From an uncultured Tenacibaculum sp. (GTDB taxonomy: Bacteria; Bacteroidota; Bacteroidia; Flavobacteriales; Flavobacteriaceae), in the NCBI GenBank assembly GCA_937922085.1, contig CAKZVD010000028.1, positions 3,542 to 67,541 on the forward strand: a DNA stretch of 64,000 bases. Direction: 5' to 3'. This document shows positions 19,055-30,302 of the stretch, in pieces; within the stretch, counting starts at the first letter, position 1; each line of letters opens with the position of its first letter. Below the pieces are notes generated by a model that worked only from the letters and a program-made list of their open reading frames with translations, did not search any database and was not told the DNA's origin. A program made the position numbers and the translations under genes.

Positions 19055-22000
19055 ATGGAACTTAAAAAAGATTTACAGCAAATAACAATTCTTAGTTGTG
19101 TTATAGAGAATGGTACCCAGTACACCAATTTACCATTAAGTTACCAGTTATTTGGTAAAAAACTGGGTACTGCCCCTATTGTATTAATTAATCATGCCTT
19201 AACAGGTAACAGTAATGTTGCAGGAAAAGAAGGGTGGTGGAAAGATTTAATAGGAAAAAATAAGGCAATTAATACAGAAAAATATACCGTTTTATGTTTT
19301 AATATTCCAGGAAATGGATATGATGATTTTTTAGTAGAAAACTATAAAGAATTTGTAGCTAAAGATATAGCTGCTATTTTTTTAGAAGGGTTAAAACAAT
19401 TAAAAATAGAGAAATTATTTGCTTTAATTGGGGGCTCTTTAGGTGGAGGAATTGCTTGGGAGATGGTTTCAATAAACCCTAAAATAACAACACATTTAAT
19501 ACCAATAGCAACCGATTGGAAATCTACCGATTGGTTAATTGCGAATTGTCAAATTCAAGAACAATTTTTAGTAAATTCTAGTAATCCACTGCAAGATGCC
19601 CGTATGCATGCAATGTTATGTTATAGAACACCAAAATCTTTTAATGAACGCTTTAAACGTACAAAAAATGAAGTGTTACAAATTTTTAATGTTGAAAGTT
19701 GGTTGTTACATCATGGAGAAAAATTACAAGAAAGATATCAATTAGCTTCTTATAAACTAATGAACCAATTATTAAAAACAATTGATGTTACAAGAGGAAG
19801 AAAAGAAGAGGATGTTTTAAAAAATGTTGAAAGTAATATACATATTGTAGGAGTTGATTCTGATTTATTTTTTACAGCTGAAGAAAATAGAGAAACCTAC
19901 AAAAAAATTGCAGAAAATAATAGGCATGTTACTTATAATGAAATTAATTCGATACATGGTCATGACGCTTTTTTAATGGAGTATGAACAATTAGAAAAAA
20001 TTATTAGTCCCATATTTAATAAAGAGGATAAGAAAATGAAAATAGTAAAGTTTGGTGGTAAATCATTATCGAATGAAGGAATACATGAAGTTGTTAAAAT
20101 CATTGAAGATAAGATTAACAAGAATGAAAAAATAGCGATAGTAGTTTCGGCAAGAGGAAATGCAACAGATGAGTTAGAACTAATTCTAGAGAAAGCTTCA
20201 AAGAATGAAACTTATCAAGAACAATTAGAAGCTTTTAAATATCAACAAGCAAAAATAACTCCTTTAGTAGATTACTCTGAAGAGTTTAACCGTTTAGAAA
20301 AATTGTTTGAAGGAGTTCATTTATTAGGAGATTATAGTCAAAAAATTAAAGATGAAGTTTTAGCACAAGGAGAATTATTATCTGTAAAAACAATTACAGA
20401 ATTATTACAGCAAAAAGGAATACAAGCAAATGGAACAGATGCAAGAGAGCTGTTAAAAACGGATGCTAATTTTGGAAATGCGCAACCAATAAATACGTTG
20501 TCTAGAGAAAATGTAGTTAATTATTTTAAGAAATTTAATGGAACAACGGTTAATGTAATAACCGGTTTTATAGGTTCAAATTTAAATAATGAAACCACCA
20601 CTTTAGGAAGAAATGGGAGTAATTATACTGCTTCATTATTAGCAAATTATTTAAATGCAGAAGAATTACAAAATTATACGCACGTAGATGGCATATTTAC
20701 AGCAAACCCAGATTTAGTTTCTGATGCTAAAAAAATTGAAAAGTTGTCTTTTTCAGAAGCCAATGAATTAGCAAATTTTGGAGCAAATATTTTACATGCA
20801 AAAACGATCATTCCTTTATTAGAAAAAAACATCAATTTAAGAATTTTAAATACGTTTAATGCAAAAGATAAAGGAACATTAATTACTGAAGAATCAACAT
20901 CAAAAGGAATAAAGTCTTTATCAGTACTAGATAACGTTGCATTACTAAATTTTGAAGGTAGAGGTTTACTTGGTAAAGTAGGAGTAGATGCTCGTATTTT
21001 TAAAGCATTAAGCAATCATGGAATTAATATAAGTATTATTTCTCAAGGATCTTCAGAAAGAGGAATAGGATTGGTAGTAAATAAGAGTAATGCAAAAAAA
21101 GCAGTGAAAGCTTTAGAAGAAGAATTTGAATATGATATTCATGCTAAGGATGTAAGTCAGATTTCTATTATTAAAGATGTTTCCGTAATTTCTATAATTG
21201 GCCAAGATTTAAGTGAGTTTCATCATGCCTATAATTCATTAATCAAAAATCAAATAGTACCATTACTTTTTAACAATACAATTACAGGTAAAAATGTAAG
21301 TTTAGTAGTTGAAAAGAAAGAGTTACATAAAGCACTAAATGTTATTCACGGACAAATATTTGAAGTAGCTAAAAAAATAAACATAGCTGTTTTTGGAAAA
21401 GGATTAGTAGGCGGAGCTTTAATAGCACAAATTTTAGCAAACACAAAAAGTGTTTTAGAGAAACGTAAAATTCAATTAAATATTTTTTCCATCAGTAATT
21501 CTAAACAAACGTTATTAGCTAAAAATGGAATTGACGAAAATTGGAAAGAAGAACTAGATAAAACATCTAAAAGTGTCTCTTTAATAACTGATGTTATTGA
21601 TTATGCAAAAGAAAATCATTTAGAAAATTTAATAGCAGTAGACAATACAGCAAGTGATGATTTTATTAAAAATTATATACCATTAATTAAAGCAGGATTC
21701 GATTTAGTATCATCAAATAAAATAGCAAATACAGTATCACATAAATTCTATAAAGAGTTACGTAAGAATTTAGAAGAAAATAATAAGAGTTACTTATATG
21801 AAACGAATGTAGGGGCTGGTTTACCTTTAATAGATACTATAAAATTACTACATGATTCAGGAGAAAATATAACTCGAATTAGAGGGGTGTTTTCAGGTTC
21901 CTTAAGTTATTTGTTTAATAAGTTTTCTACAGAAGAAGTTCCGTTTTCACAAGTTTTACAAGAAGCGATAAATAAGGGATTTACAGAGCCAGATCCTAGA

Positions 22001-22447
22001 GAAGATTTATGTGGAAATGATGTTGCTAGAAAACTATTGATTTTAGCACGTGAATTAGATTTAGAAAATGAATTTGAAGATATACACATAGAGAATTTAA
22101 TACCAGAAGCTTTAAGAACAATTTCTTCAAATGATTTTTTAACTACTCTAGAAAGTTTAAATACACATTTTCAAGAAAAGAAAGAAAGACAAGAAGAAAA
22201 TCATGTGCTAAGATATATTGGTGATTTACATGGCGATTTGCAACAAACAAAAGGAGCTTTAGATGTGAAATTAGTTTCTGTACCACAAAACTCTCCATTA
22301 GGAAGTTTAAAAGGATCTGATGCTATTTTTGAAATCTATACAGAATCTTATGGAGCGCAGCCAATAGTTATTCAAGGAGCAGGTGCAGGAGCACAAGTAA
22401 CAGCTAGAGGTGTATTTGGAGATATATTACGATTAACAAAAAAATAA
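19055..22447 (+). CDS. thrA: Fusion: homoserine O-acetyltransferase (MetX) + aspartokinase/homoserine dehydrogenase
   Basis: HALTG, GGSLGG, HGHDAFL (MetX), then KFGGKS, LGRNGSNY, ACT domains, GKGLVG, YETNVGAGLP, EPDPREDL; one continuous ORF. Confidence 0.9.
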   Translation: MELKKDLQQITILSCVIENGTQYTNLPLSYQLFGKKLGTAPIVLINHALTGNSNVAGKEGWWKDLIGKNKAINTEKYTVLCFNIPGNGYDDFLVENYKEFVAKDIAAIFLEGLKQLKIEKLFALIGGSLGGGIAWEMVSINPKITTHLIPIATDWKSTDWLIANCQIQEQFLVNSSNPLQDARMHAMLCYRTPKSFNERFKRTKNEVLQIFNVESWLLHHGEKLQERYQLASYKLMNQLLKTIDVTRGRKEEDVLKNVESNIHIVGVDSDLFFTAEENRETYKKIAENNRHVTYNEINSIHGHDAFLMEYEQLEKIISPIFNKEDKKMKIVKFGGKSLSNEGIHEVVKIIEDKINKNEKIAIVVSARGNATDELELILEKASKNETYQEQLEAFKYQQAKITPLVDYSEEFNRLEKLFEGVHLLGDYSQKIKDEVLAQGELLSVKTITELLQQKGIQANGTDARELLKTDANFGNAQPINTLSRENVVNYFKKFNGTTVNVITGFIGSNLNNETTTLGRNGSNYTASLLANYLNAEELQNYTHVDGIFTANPDLVSDAKKIEKLSFSEANELANFGANILHAKTIIPLLEKNINLRILNTFNAKDKGTLITEESTSKGIKSLSVLDNVALLNFEGRGLLGKVGVDARIFKALSNHGINISIISQGSSERGIGLVVNKSNAKKAVKALEEEFEYDIHAKDVSQISIIKDVSVISIIGQDLSEFHHAYNSLIKNQIVPLLFNNTITGKNVSLVVEKKELHKALNVIHGQIFEVAKKINIAVFGKGLVGGALIAQILANTKSVLEKRKIQLNIFSISNSKQTLLAKNGIDENWKEELDKTSKSVSLITDVIDYAKENHLENLIAVDNTASDDFIKNYIPLIKAGFDLVSSNKIANTVSHKFYKELRKNLEENNKSYLYETNVGAGLPLIDTIKLLHDSGENITRIRGVFSGSLSYLFNKFSTEEVPFSQVLQEAINKGFTEPDPREDLCGNDVARKLLILARELDLENEFEDIHIENLIPEALRTISSNDFLTTLESLNTHFQEKKERQEENHVLRYIGDLHGDLQQTKGALDVKLVSVPQNSPLGSLKGSDAIFEIYTESYGAQPIVIQGAGAGAQVTARGVFGDILRLTKK

Positions 22448-22448
22448 A

Positions 22449-22871
22449 ATGAACATACAACTAAAAAATTATAATAAGCATCTTGTTTTTGAAGCTAAAA
22501 ATGAAACAGGATATTCTTTGTTAGTAGGACAAAGTGATACTAAAACTTCTATAAATTCAATAAGACCTATGGAATTAATGCTAGTCAGTTTGGCTAGTTG
22601 TAGTAGTATTGATATTGTAAAAATTTTAAACAAACAGAAAATTTTTGATTTTGATTATGATGTTTCTGTAGATGCTATACGAGAAGAACAAGAAGTTCCT
22701 TCAATATTTAAAGATATAACGATCACGTATACATTTAATGGGGAATTAAATAATAGTAAAGTTAAAAGAGCTACAGATTTGGCTATAGAAAAGTATTGTT
22801 CGGTAGCAAAAATATTAGAACAAACGGCAAAAATTAATTATAAAATAATAATTAATAAAGAACAGATATGA
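22449..22871 (+). CDS. OsmC/YhfA family protein
   Basis: RPMEL...LASCSSID, EKYCSV. Confidence 0.85.
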   Translation: MNIQLKNYNKHLVFEAKNETGYSLLVGQSDTKTSINSIRPMELMLVSLASCSSIDIVKILNKQKIFDFDYDVSVDAIREEQEVPSIFKDITITYTFNGELNNSKVKRATDLAIEKYCSVAKILEQTAKINYKIIINKEQI

Positions 22872-24034
22872 GCGATTTTTTTGAAACCCAGGCAATAAGA
22901 ACTCAAACAGAAAGATCTCAGTTTTTTGAGCATTCAACACCATTGTATCTTACCTCGAGTTTTGTTTTTGAAGATGCAGAAGATATGAGAGCTTCATTTG
23001 CAGAAGAAAAGCAACGAAATTTATACAGTAGATTTTCTAATCCTAATACTACTGAATTTGTAGAGAAAATAGTGAAAATGGAAGGAGCTGAATCTGGATA
23101 TGCTTTTGCTACAGGAATGTCGGCAGTATTTTCAACTTTTGCAGCATTATTAAATTCAGGAGATCATATTGTATCCTCACGATCTGTATTTGGTTCAACA
23201 CATAGCTTGTTTACCAAATTTTTACCAAAATGGAATATAGAGACTAGTTATTTTAAAGTAAATGAACCTAATAAAATTGAAAGTTTAATTCAACCAAATA
23301 CAAAAATTTTATATGCAGAAACACCAACAAATCCTGCGGTAGATATTTTAGATTTAGAATTATTAGGAAAATTAGCAAAAAAACACAATCTATTGCTAAT
23401 TATAGACAATTGTTTTGCAACACCTTATTTACAAAATCCAATAAAATTTGGAGCAGATTTGGTGATACATTCAGCAACTAAATTAATTGACGGACAAGGT
23501 AGAGTTCTTGGAGGAGTAACGGTTGGTAAAGCAGATTTAGTTAGAGAAGTATATTTATTTTCAAGAAATACAGGACCAGCAATGTCCCCATTTAATGCCT
23601 GGGTGCTTTCTAAAAGTTTAGAAACATTAGCTGTTAGAGTAGAAAAACATTGTGAGAATGCATTAAAAGTAGCAGCGTTTTTAGAAGGGAATTCAAATGT
23701 TCAATTGGTAAAATACCCTTTTTTAAAATCACATCCGCAATATGAGATAGCCAAAAAGCAAATGCGTTTAGGAGGAAATGTGATTGCTTTTGAAATAAAA
23801 GGAGGAATTAATGCAGGACGCAAATTTTTAAATAAGATAAAAATGTGCTCACTATCTGCTAATTTAGGAGATACCCGAACTATTGTTACACACCCAGCTT
23901 CAACAACGCATAGTAAATTAAGTATTGAAGATAGGTTAGAAGTAGGAATAACAGACGGATTAGTAAGGTGTTCTATAGGATTAGAAAACGTAGAAGATGT
24001 TATAAATGATTTAAAACAAGCATTAGAGATTTGA
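22868..24034 (+). CDS. metZ: O-succinylhomoserine sulfhydrylase / trans-sulfuration enzyme
   Basis: LYLTSSFVF, YSRFSNP, HSATKLIDGQGR. Confidence 0.85.
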   Translation: MSDFFETQAIRTQTERSQFFEHSTPLYLTSSFVFEDAEDMRASFAEEKQRNLYSRFSNPNTTEFVEKIVKMEGAESGYAFATGMSAVFSTFAALLNSGDHIVSSRSVFGSTHSLFTKFLPKWNIETSYFKVNEPNKIESLIQPNTKILYAETPTNPAVDILDLELLGKLAKKHNLLLIIDNCFATPYLQNPIKFGADLVIHSATKLIDGQGRVLGGVTVGKADLVREVYLFSRNTGPAMSPFNAWVLSKSLETLAVRVEKHCENALKVAAFLEGNSNVQLVKYPFLKSHPQYEIAKKQMRLGGNVIAFEIKGGINAGRKFLNKIKMCSLSANLGDTRTIVTHPASTTHSKLSIEDRLEVGITDGLVRCSIGLENVEDVINDLKQALEI

Positions 24035-24062
24035 AAATATAAATAAAGCGTATTTTTGTAGT

Positions 24063-24470
24063 ATGCTTTCTAAAAAAACGAAATACGGAATAAAGGCGCT
24101 AACTTGTATTGCAAGACAAGAAAAAGGCACGATGTTACAAATAGCAAGTATTGCTGAGCAAGAAAATATTTCACATAAGTTTTTAGAAAGTATACTACTT
24201 ACACTGCGTAAATCAGGCGTTTTAGGAGCAAAAAAAGGAAAAGGCGGCGGATATTATTTGTTAAAACAAGCAGAAGAAGTGAAAATGACAGATGTTATTA
24301 GAACTTTAGAAGGCCCTATAGCAATGGTACCATGCGTTAGTCTTAATTTTTACGAAAAATGTGACGATTGTCCAGATGAAAATGCTTGTGCTGTTCATAA
24401 ATTAATGATCCAAGTAAGAGACAATACACTCGATGTACTTCGTAATACTACCTTAGCCGATTTAGTTTAA
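24063..24470 (+). CDS. Rrf2 family transcriptional regulator
   Basis: KGKGGGYYL; Cys-rich C-terminus. Confidence 0.9.
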   Translation: MLSKKTKYGIKALTCIARQEKGTMLQIASIAEQENISHKFLESILLTLRKSGVLGAKKGKGGGYYLLKQAEEVKMTDVIRTLEGPIAMVPCVSLNFYEKCDDCPDENACAVHKLMIQVRDNTLDVLRNTTLADLV

Positions 24471-24680
24471 TAATTTGAACTTTATTAATGTATTTCAAAG
24501 GTTTTAATTAAACTAATTGATTCTAATTTGTTGTAAAACAATAATTTTTAACGCTATCTCAATCTCACAAATATTATAGAATTGTTAAATTTTTAATTTT
24601 TCTCTTTGATTTTTAAAAAGAGAATGTATATTTACAAAACATTAATCCTAGTAACCCGATAGGGTAAATGTATTTTAGAA

Positions 24681-24935
24681 ATGATTATAGAACAAGTAGT
24701 AGATAATAAAACAAATTATAAAGTAGATAAGTACTCTGAAAAACCAATTCGAAGTATTTTAAAATCTATAAGTTGGAGAATAGTAGGAACTATTGATACG
24801 GTTCTTATATCTTGGATAATTACAGGTGAGTTAACAACAGCTTTTTCAATAGGAGCAATAGAATTAGTAACAAAAATGGTATTGTATTTTTTTCATGAAA
24901 GAATGTGGAACAATATAAAATGGGGAAAACGATGA
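24681..24935 (+). CDS. DUF2061 membrane protein
   Basis: KSISWR...YFFHERMW. Confidence 0.8.
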   Translation: MIIEQVVDNKTNYKVDKYSEKPIRSILKSISWRIVGTIDTVLISWIITGELTTAFSIGAIELVTKMVLYFFHERMWNNIKWGKR

Positions 24936-25555
24936 GCATAGAAGCGATAGATTTAGTAGCAATAAATAAAGAGTTAACAGAAAAAACACCACAAGAAATA
25001 ATTTCTTGGGCGTTATCAGTGGCAAAAAATCCAGTAGTAACCACTAATTTTAGACCTTATGAAAGTGCTATTTTACATGTAGTAGTAGAGCAACAAGAAG
25101 AAATAAAAGTAATTTGGTGCGATACAGGTTATAATACACCACAAACATATAAACATGCAGAAGAATTAATACATACATTACAATTAAATGTTCAATTATA
25201 CGTGCCTAAACAAACAGTAGCACATAGAAATGCTACCATAGGTTTACCAACAATAGAAGATTCAGAACACGGGGTTTTTACAGAACAAGTAAAACTAGAA
25301 CCGTTTAAAAGAGCAATGAAAGAACATCAACCAGATGTATGGTTTACCAACTTAAGAAAAGGACAAACAGCATTTAGAGACAGTATAGATATTGTTTCAA
25401 AAAGTAAAGATGGAATATTAAAAGTGAGTCCATTTTATAATTGGTCAGATGAAGCATTAGATGAGTATTTAAAAACAAATGATTTACCTAACGAGTTCAA
25501 ATACTTTGATCCAACAAAGGTGGAAAGTAATAGAGAATGTGGTTTACATATTTAA
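24932..25555 (+). CDS. cysH: PAPS/APS reductase family
   Basis: DTGY motif and C-terminal ECGLH; upstream of cysD. Confidence 0.85.
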   Translation: MSIEAIDLVAINKELTEKTPQEIISWALSVAKNPVVTTNFRPYESAILHVVVEQQEEIKVIWCDTGYNTPQTYKHAEELIHTLQLNVQLYVPKQTVAHRNATIGLPTIEDSEHGVFTEQVKLEPFKRAMKEHQPDVWFTNLRKGQTAFRDSIDIVSKSKDGILKVSPFYNWSDEALDEYLKTNDLPNEFKYFDPTKVESNRECGLHI

Positions 25556-25566
25556 AAAATAGGATT

Positions 25567-26472
25567 ATGAATACGAATGTATTACAGGTAGGAGCGTTAG
25601 AAAGTGAAGCCATATATATTATAAGAGAAGTAGTAGCACAATTTGAAAAACCTGTACTATTATTTTCAGGAGGAAAAGACAGTATAACTTTGGTTAGACT
25701 TGCCCAAAAAGCATTTTATCCAGCAAAAATTCCTTTTCCTTTAATGCATATAGATACTGGACATAATTTTTCAGAAACAATTGAATTTAGAGATCAATTA
25801 GTTGAAGAATTGGGAGTAGAATTGATTGTAAGAAATGTACAAGACAATATAGATGCTGGTAAAGTAAAAGAAGAAACAGGAAAGTATGCAAGTAGAAATA
25901 TGTTACAAACAGAAACATTATTAGATGCTATTGAAGAATTCGGTTTCGACGCTTGTATAGGAGGAGCAAGAAGGGATGAAGAAAAAGCAAGAGCCAAGGA
26001 ACGCATTTTTTCTGTAAGAGATGATTTTGGACAATGGGATGAAAAAAATCAGCGACCAGAATTGTTTGATATGTTGAATGGGAGAATAGATTTAGGTCAG
26101 AATGTTCGTGTTTTTCCAATATCTAATTGGACTGAGTTAGATGTTTGGTCCTATATTCAAAAAGAAGAAATAGAAATTCCTTCTATCTATTTTGCTCATA
26201 AAAGGAAAACATTTTTAAGAGACGGACTTATTTGGTCAGCAAATGATGAGGTTGTGTTTAGAGATGAAGAAGAAGAGGTAGAAGAACGTATGGTTCGTTT
26301 TAGAACAGTGGGGGATATGAGTTGTACAGCAGCAGTGCTTTCTAATGCTACAGAAATTAATAAAGTAGTAGCAGAAATTAGAGATTCAACAATTTCTGAA
26401 AGAGGCGCAAGAATTGATGACAAACGCTCTGAAGCTGCTATGGAAAAACGCAAACAACAGGGGTATTTCTAA
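25567..26472 (+). CDS. cysD: Sulfate adenylyltransferase subunit 2
   Basis: FSGGKDS, GGARRDEEKARAKER, KQQGYF. Confidence 0.95.
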   Translation: MNTNVLQVGALESEAIYIIREVVAQFEKPVLLFSGGKDSITLVRLAQKAFYPAKIPFPLMHIDTGHNFSETIEFRDQLVEELGVELIVRNVQDNIDAGKVKEETGKYASRNMLQTETLLDAIEEFGFDACIGGARRDEEKARAKERIFSVRDDFGQWDEKNQRPELFDMLNGRIDLGQNVRVFPISNWTELDVWSYIQKEEIEIPSIYFAHKRKTFLRDGLIWSANDEVVFRDEEEEVEERMVRFRTVGDMSCTAAVLSNATEINKVVAEIRDSTISERGARIDDKRSEAAMEKRKQQGYF

Positions 26473-26569
26473 AAAACAAATAATAAGTGAAGAGTTGTAA
26501 GAGGCATGACGTTTTTTGGGGATTATTAATGTTCTTACAACTCAAAGCTTTTAGATAAAAAAAATAAAA

Positions 26570-27814
26570 ATGAACGTACTAAAAATAGCAACAGCAGGAA
26601 GTGTAGATGATGGTAAGAGCACTTTAATAGGACGTATTTTATACGATACAAAATCATTAACAGAAGATAAACTTCAGGCAATAGAAGAAAAAAGTAAACA
26701 AAGAGGTTTTGATTATTTAGATTTTTCATTAGCAACAGATGGTTTAGTAGCAGAAAGAGAACAAGGAATTACGATTGATGTAGCTCATATTTACTTTTCT
26801 ACCAAAAAAACCAGTTTTATTATTGCAGACACTCCAGGCCATATTGAATATACGAGAAACATGGTAACGGGAGCTTCTAATTCTCAAGCTTCAATTGTTT
26901 TGGTTGATGCAAGAAACGGAGTATTAGAGCAAACTTATCGTCACTTTTTTATTAATAATTTATTAAGAGTAGAAGAGGTTGTAATAGCGGTAAATAAAAT
27001 GGATTTAGTTGATTATTCAGAAGAAAAGTTTAATCAAATAAAGGGAGAGATCGCTTATTTAGCAGAAAAAAGTGGTTATAAAAATCAGAATATAACTTTT
27101 ATTCCAGTTTCTGCATTACATGGTGATAATGTAGTTAATAGATCCAATAAAATGGATTGGTATAAAGGTGAAAGCTTATTGGATTATTTAGAAAATATTG
27201 AATTTAATAAACAAGAAGACTCAAGAGTACGTTTTCCTGTTCAATCTGTAATAAGACCTAAAACTGAAAAATACCACGATTATAGAGGATACGCAGGTAA
27301 AGTATATGGAGGAACTTTAGAAGTAGGAGATGCGGTAACGGTTTTACCTTCAGATACTAAGTCAATTATAAAAAGTATTCAATTTTTTGATAAAGAATAT
27401 CAAGTAGCAAAACAAGGAAGCTCTGTGAATATTACATTAGAAGATGATGTAAATGTTAGTAGAGGAGATATGTTGGTAAAAGTAGGTGAAGAACCTCAAG
27501 TAATTAAACAATTAGAGGCAACGGTTTGTTGGATGGATAAATCACCTTTACAAGCATCAGAAAAATATTATATCAAACATGGAATAAACGATGCACAAGT
27601 AAAAGTAACGAATTTATCATCTTTAATTCGCACCGATTTTTCAGGAAAAGAGCAAAACCCTTCCAAATTATCATTGAATGAAATAGGAGAAGTTTCTTTT
27701 AAGGTAAGTAAACCTTTGTTTGTAGATAGTTATCAAGAGAATAAAGCAAACGGAGCATTTATTTTAATAAATCCTAAAACCAATAATACCGCAGGAGTTG
27801 GTTTTATAAAATAA
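26570..27814 (+). CDS. cysN: Sulfate adenylyltransferase subunit 1 (no CysC domain)
   Basis: [31 protein letters not shown]. Confidence 0.95.
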   Translation: MNVLKIATAGSVDDGKSTLIGRILYDTKSLTEDKLQAIEEKSKQRGFDYLDFSLATDGLVAEREQGITIDVAHIYFSTKKTSFIIADTPGHIEYTRNMVTGASNSQASIVLVDARNGVLEQTYRHFFINNLLRVEEVVIAVNKMDLVDYSEEKFNQIKGEIAYLAEKSGYKNQNITFIPVSALHGDNVVNRSNKMDWYKGESLLDYLENIEFNKQEDSRVRFPVQSVIRPKTEKYHDYRGYAGKVYGGTLEVGDAVTVLPSDTKSIIKSIQFFDKEYQVAKQGSSVNITLEDDVNVSRGDMLVKVGEEPQVIKQLEATVCWMDKSPLQASEKYYIKHGINDAQVKVTNLSSLIRTDFSGKEQNPSKLSLNEIGEVSFKVSKPLFVDSYQENKANGAFILINPKTNNTAGVGFIK

Positions 27815-27824
27815 CAAAATAAGA

Positions 27825-28175
27825 ATGGCAATTATAATAACAGATGAATGTATTAATTGTGGTGCATGTGAGCCAGAATGCCCAAATACAGCAATATACG
27901 AAGGAGCAGAAGATTGGAATTACAGCCAAGGAACTTCATTGAACGGAGATATCACATTATTAAATGGAAGTAAATTAAATGCAGATTCGGAACAAGAACC
28001 AATATCTGATGAATATTATTTTATAGTACCAGATAAATGTACTGAATGTAAAGGGTTTCATGAAGAACCACAATGTGCTGCTGTTTGTCCGGTAGATTGT
28101 TGTGTACCCGATGATAATCATGTAGAAAGTGAAGAAACACTATTAAACAAACAAAAATTCTTACACAACGAATAA
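27825..28175 (+). CDS. 2x[4Fe-4S] ferredoxin
   Basis: [12 protein letters not shown]; CTECKG...CAAVCP. Confidence 0.9.
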   Translation: MAIIITDECINCGACEPECPNTAIYEGAEDWNYSQGTSLNGDITLLNGSKLNADSEQEPISDEYYFIVPDKCTECKGFHEEPQCAAVCPVDCCVPDDNHVESEETLLNKQKFLHNE

Positions 28176-28186
28176 AAATAAAAAGC

Positions 28187-30289
28187 ATGCAAAGTTTTAG
28201 AAGCGAAATAGAAAACCCGGTTGTAGAAAAAGACATTCTAGAATTAGCCCGTAAAATTCAATTATTTAAAGAAGGTAAGGTTGATGAAGAACGATTTAGA
28301 AGTTTACGTTTAGCAAGAGGAGTATATGGTCAGCGCCAATTAGGGGTGCAAATGGTACGTATAAAGATACCTTACGGAAAAATAACGAGTGAGCAATTAC
28401 ATAGAATTTCGGATGTTTCAGATGAATACTCAAAAGGAAGATTACATATAACTACGCGTCAAGATATTCAAATTCATTATGTAAGTTTAGATAGAACACC
28501 AGAATTATGGGCGCAGTTAGAAAAAGACGATATTACATTACGAGAAGCTTGTGGTAATGCAGTACGTAATGTAACTGCTTCAGAAACTGCGGGTATAGAT
28601 GTAAATGAACCTTTTGATATTTCTCCTTATGCAGATGCAACTTTTGCTTTCTTTTTAAGAAACCCAGTGTGTCAAGAGATGGGAAGAAAGTTTAAAATTT
28701 CTTTTTCGGCAAATGAAGAGGATACTGCAATAAGTTTTATGCATGATTTAGGTTTTATTGCGAAAACAAAAAAAGTAGGAAATACTGAAATTAGAGGGTT
28801 CAAAGTGTTGTTAGGTGGTGGATTGGGATCTCAACCAAGACATGCAGATGTAATGTATGAATTTTTAGAAGAAGACTTAATTATACCAACAATAGAAGGT
28901 GTATTACGTGTTTTTGATCGTCATGGCGAAAGAAGTAAAAGAGCGAAAGCAAGAATGAAATTTTTGTTAAAAGACATCGGTTTAGACGGTTTTTTAACTT
29001 TAGTAGAAGCAGAGAAAAAAGCATTATCATACCAATCTTATAAGATAGATACAGCAGACTTTGATCAAGAAATTACATTTGAAACAAAAGAAATTCCTGA
29101 AGTAACTATTGAAAATGAAAAAGGATATGATAAATGGAAACGTACGAATGTAATTCAGCAAAAACAAGATGGATTATTTGCGATTGGTATAAAAGTACAT
29201 TTAGGAGACTTTTACACAGATAAAGCTCGTTTATTGGCAGATTTAGTTAAAAAATATGGAGCAAATGAATTAAGATTTACATTGCGTCAAAATATATTAA
29301 TCCGTCATGTAAGAGCAGCGTTTTTACCATTTTTCTATACCGAATTAAAAAAGTTAGGTTTTGCTGACGCAGGTTATAATAGTACAGCAGATATAACTGC
29401 ATGTCCTGGTACAGATACTTGTAATTTAGGAATTTCTAGTAGTACTGGAATTGCAGCAGAACTAGAACGCGTTTTAGAAAATGAATATCCACAGTATATA
29501 AATAACAAAGAAGTTACTATAAAAATAAGTGGATGTATGAATGCCTGTGGACAACACAATTTAGCGCACATTGGTTTTCAAGGAATGTCTATTAAATCAG
29601 GTAATTTGGTAGCTCCTGCATTACAAATTTTATTAGGAGGAGGAATTGTAGGAAATGGACAAGGACGTTTTTCTGATAAGTTGGTGAAAATACCAAGTAA
29701 GAGAGGTCCAGAATCATTACGATTATTATTAAATGATTTTGAATCTAAAAGTAATGGTAAAGAGGATTTCTTAGCATATTATGATAGACAAGGAAAAACG
29801 TATTTTTATGACTTATTAAAGCATTTATCAGACGTTACTAATTTAACTCAAGATGATTTTATAGATTGGGGACACGATAAAAATTATGTGAAAGCAATTG
29901 GAATCGGAGAATGTGCAGGTGTTGTTATCGATTTAGTAGCTACACTTTTATTTGAAAGTGAAGAAAAATTAGAAAATGCTACAAAAGCATTAGAACAACA
30001 ACAGTGGTCAGATAGTATTTATCATTCTTATGCAGCAATGGTAAACGTAGCAAAAGCATTGTTAACCTCTGAGGGTGTAAAAACAAATACGCAAGTAGGC
30101 ATTATCAAAAATTTTGATAGTACTTTTATAGAAAATGATAGGATTGAATTACCGAGTTCATTTTCAAAAATGGTGTATCAGATAAATAAAGAAGAACCAA
30201 CAGAGAAATTTGCTAAAAAGTATTTAGCAGAAGCAAGTTTATTTTATCAAAAAGTAGATGCTTATAGAAAGGCAGTAGTAGAAAGTTAA
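28187..30289 (+). CDS. Siroheme nitrite/sulfite reductase with C-terminal HEPN-like domain
   Basis: TTRQDIQ, ACGNAVRN, ACPGTDTC, SGCMNACG; cys operon context. Confidence 0.9.
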   Translation: MQSFRSEIENPVVEKDILELARKIQLFKEGKVDEERFRSLRLARGVYGQRQLGVQMVRIKIPYGKITSEQLHRISDVSDEYSKGRLHITTRQDIQIHYVSLDRTPELWAQLEKDDITLREACGNAVRNVTASETAGIDVNEPFDISPYADATFAFFLRNPVCQEMGRKFKISFSANEEDTAISFMHDLGFIAKTKKVGNTEIRGFKVLLGGGLGSQPRHADVMYEFLEEDLIIPTIEGVLRVFDRHGERSKRAKARMKFLLKDIGLDGFLTLVEAEKKALSYQSYKIDTADFDQEITFETKEIPEVTIENEKGYDKWKRTNVIQQKQDGLFAIGIKVHLGDFYTDKARLLADLVKKYGANELRFTLRQNILIRHVRAAFLPFFYTELKKLGFADAGYNSTADITACPGTDTCNLGISSSTGIAAELERVLENEYPQYINNKEVTIKISGCMNACGQHNLAHIGFQGMSIKSGNLVAPALQILLGGGIVGNGQGRFSDKLVKIPSKRGPESLRLLLNDFESKSNGKEDFLAYYDRQGKTYFYDLLKHLSDVTNLTQDDFIDWGHDKNYVKAIGIGECAGVVIDLVATLLFESEEKLENATKALEQQQWSDSIYHSYAAMVNVAKALLTSEGVKTNTQVGIIKNFDSTFIENDRIELPSSFSKMVYQINKEEPTEKFAKKYLAEASLFYQKVDAYRKAVVES

Positions 30290-30302
30290 AAAAATAAGAA
30301 AG

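Noticed and set aside
28187-30289. HEPN domain as a toxin
   Set aside because: C-terminal HEPN-like domains are a usual appendage of Bacteroidota sulfite reductases in cys operons.
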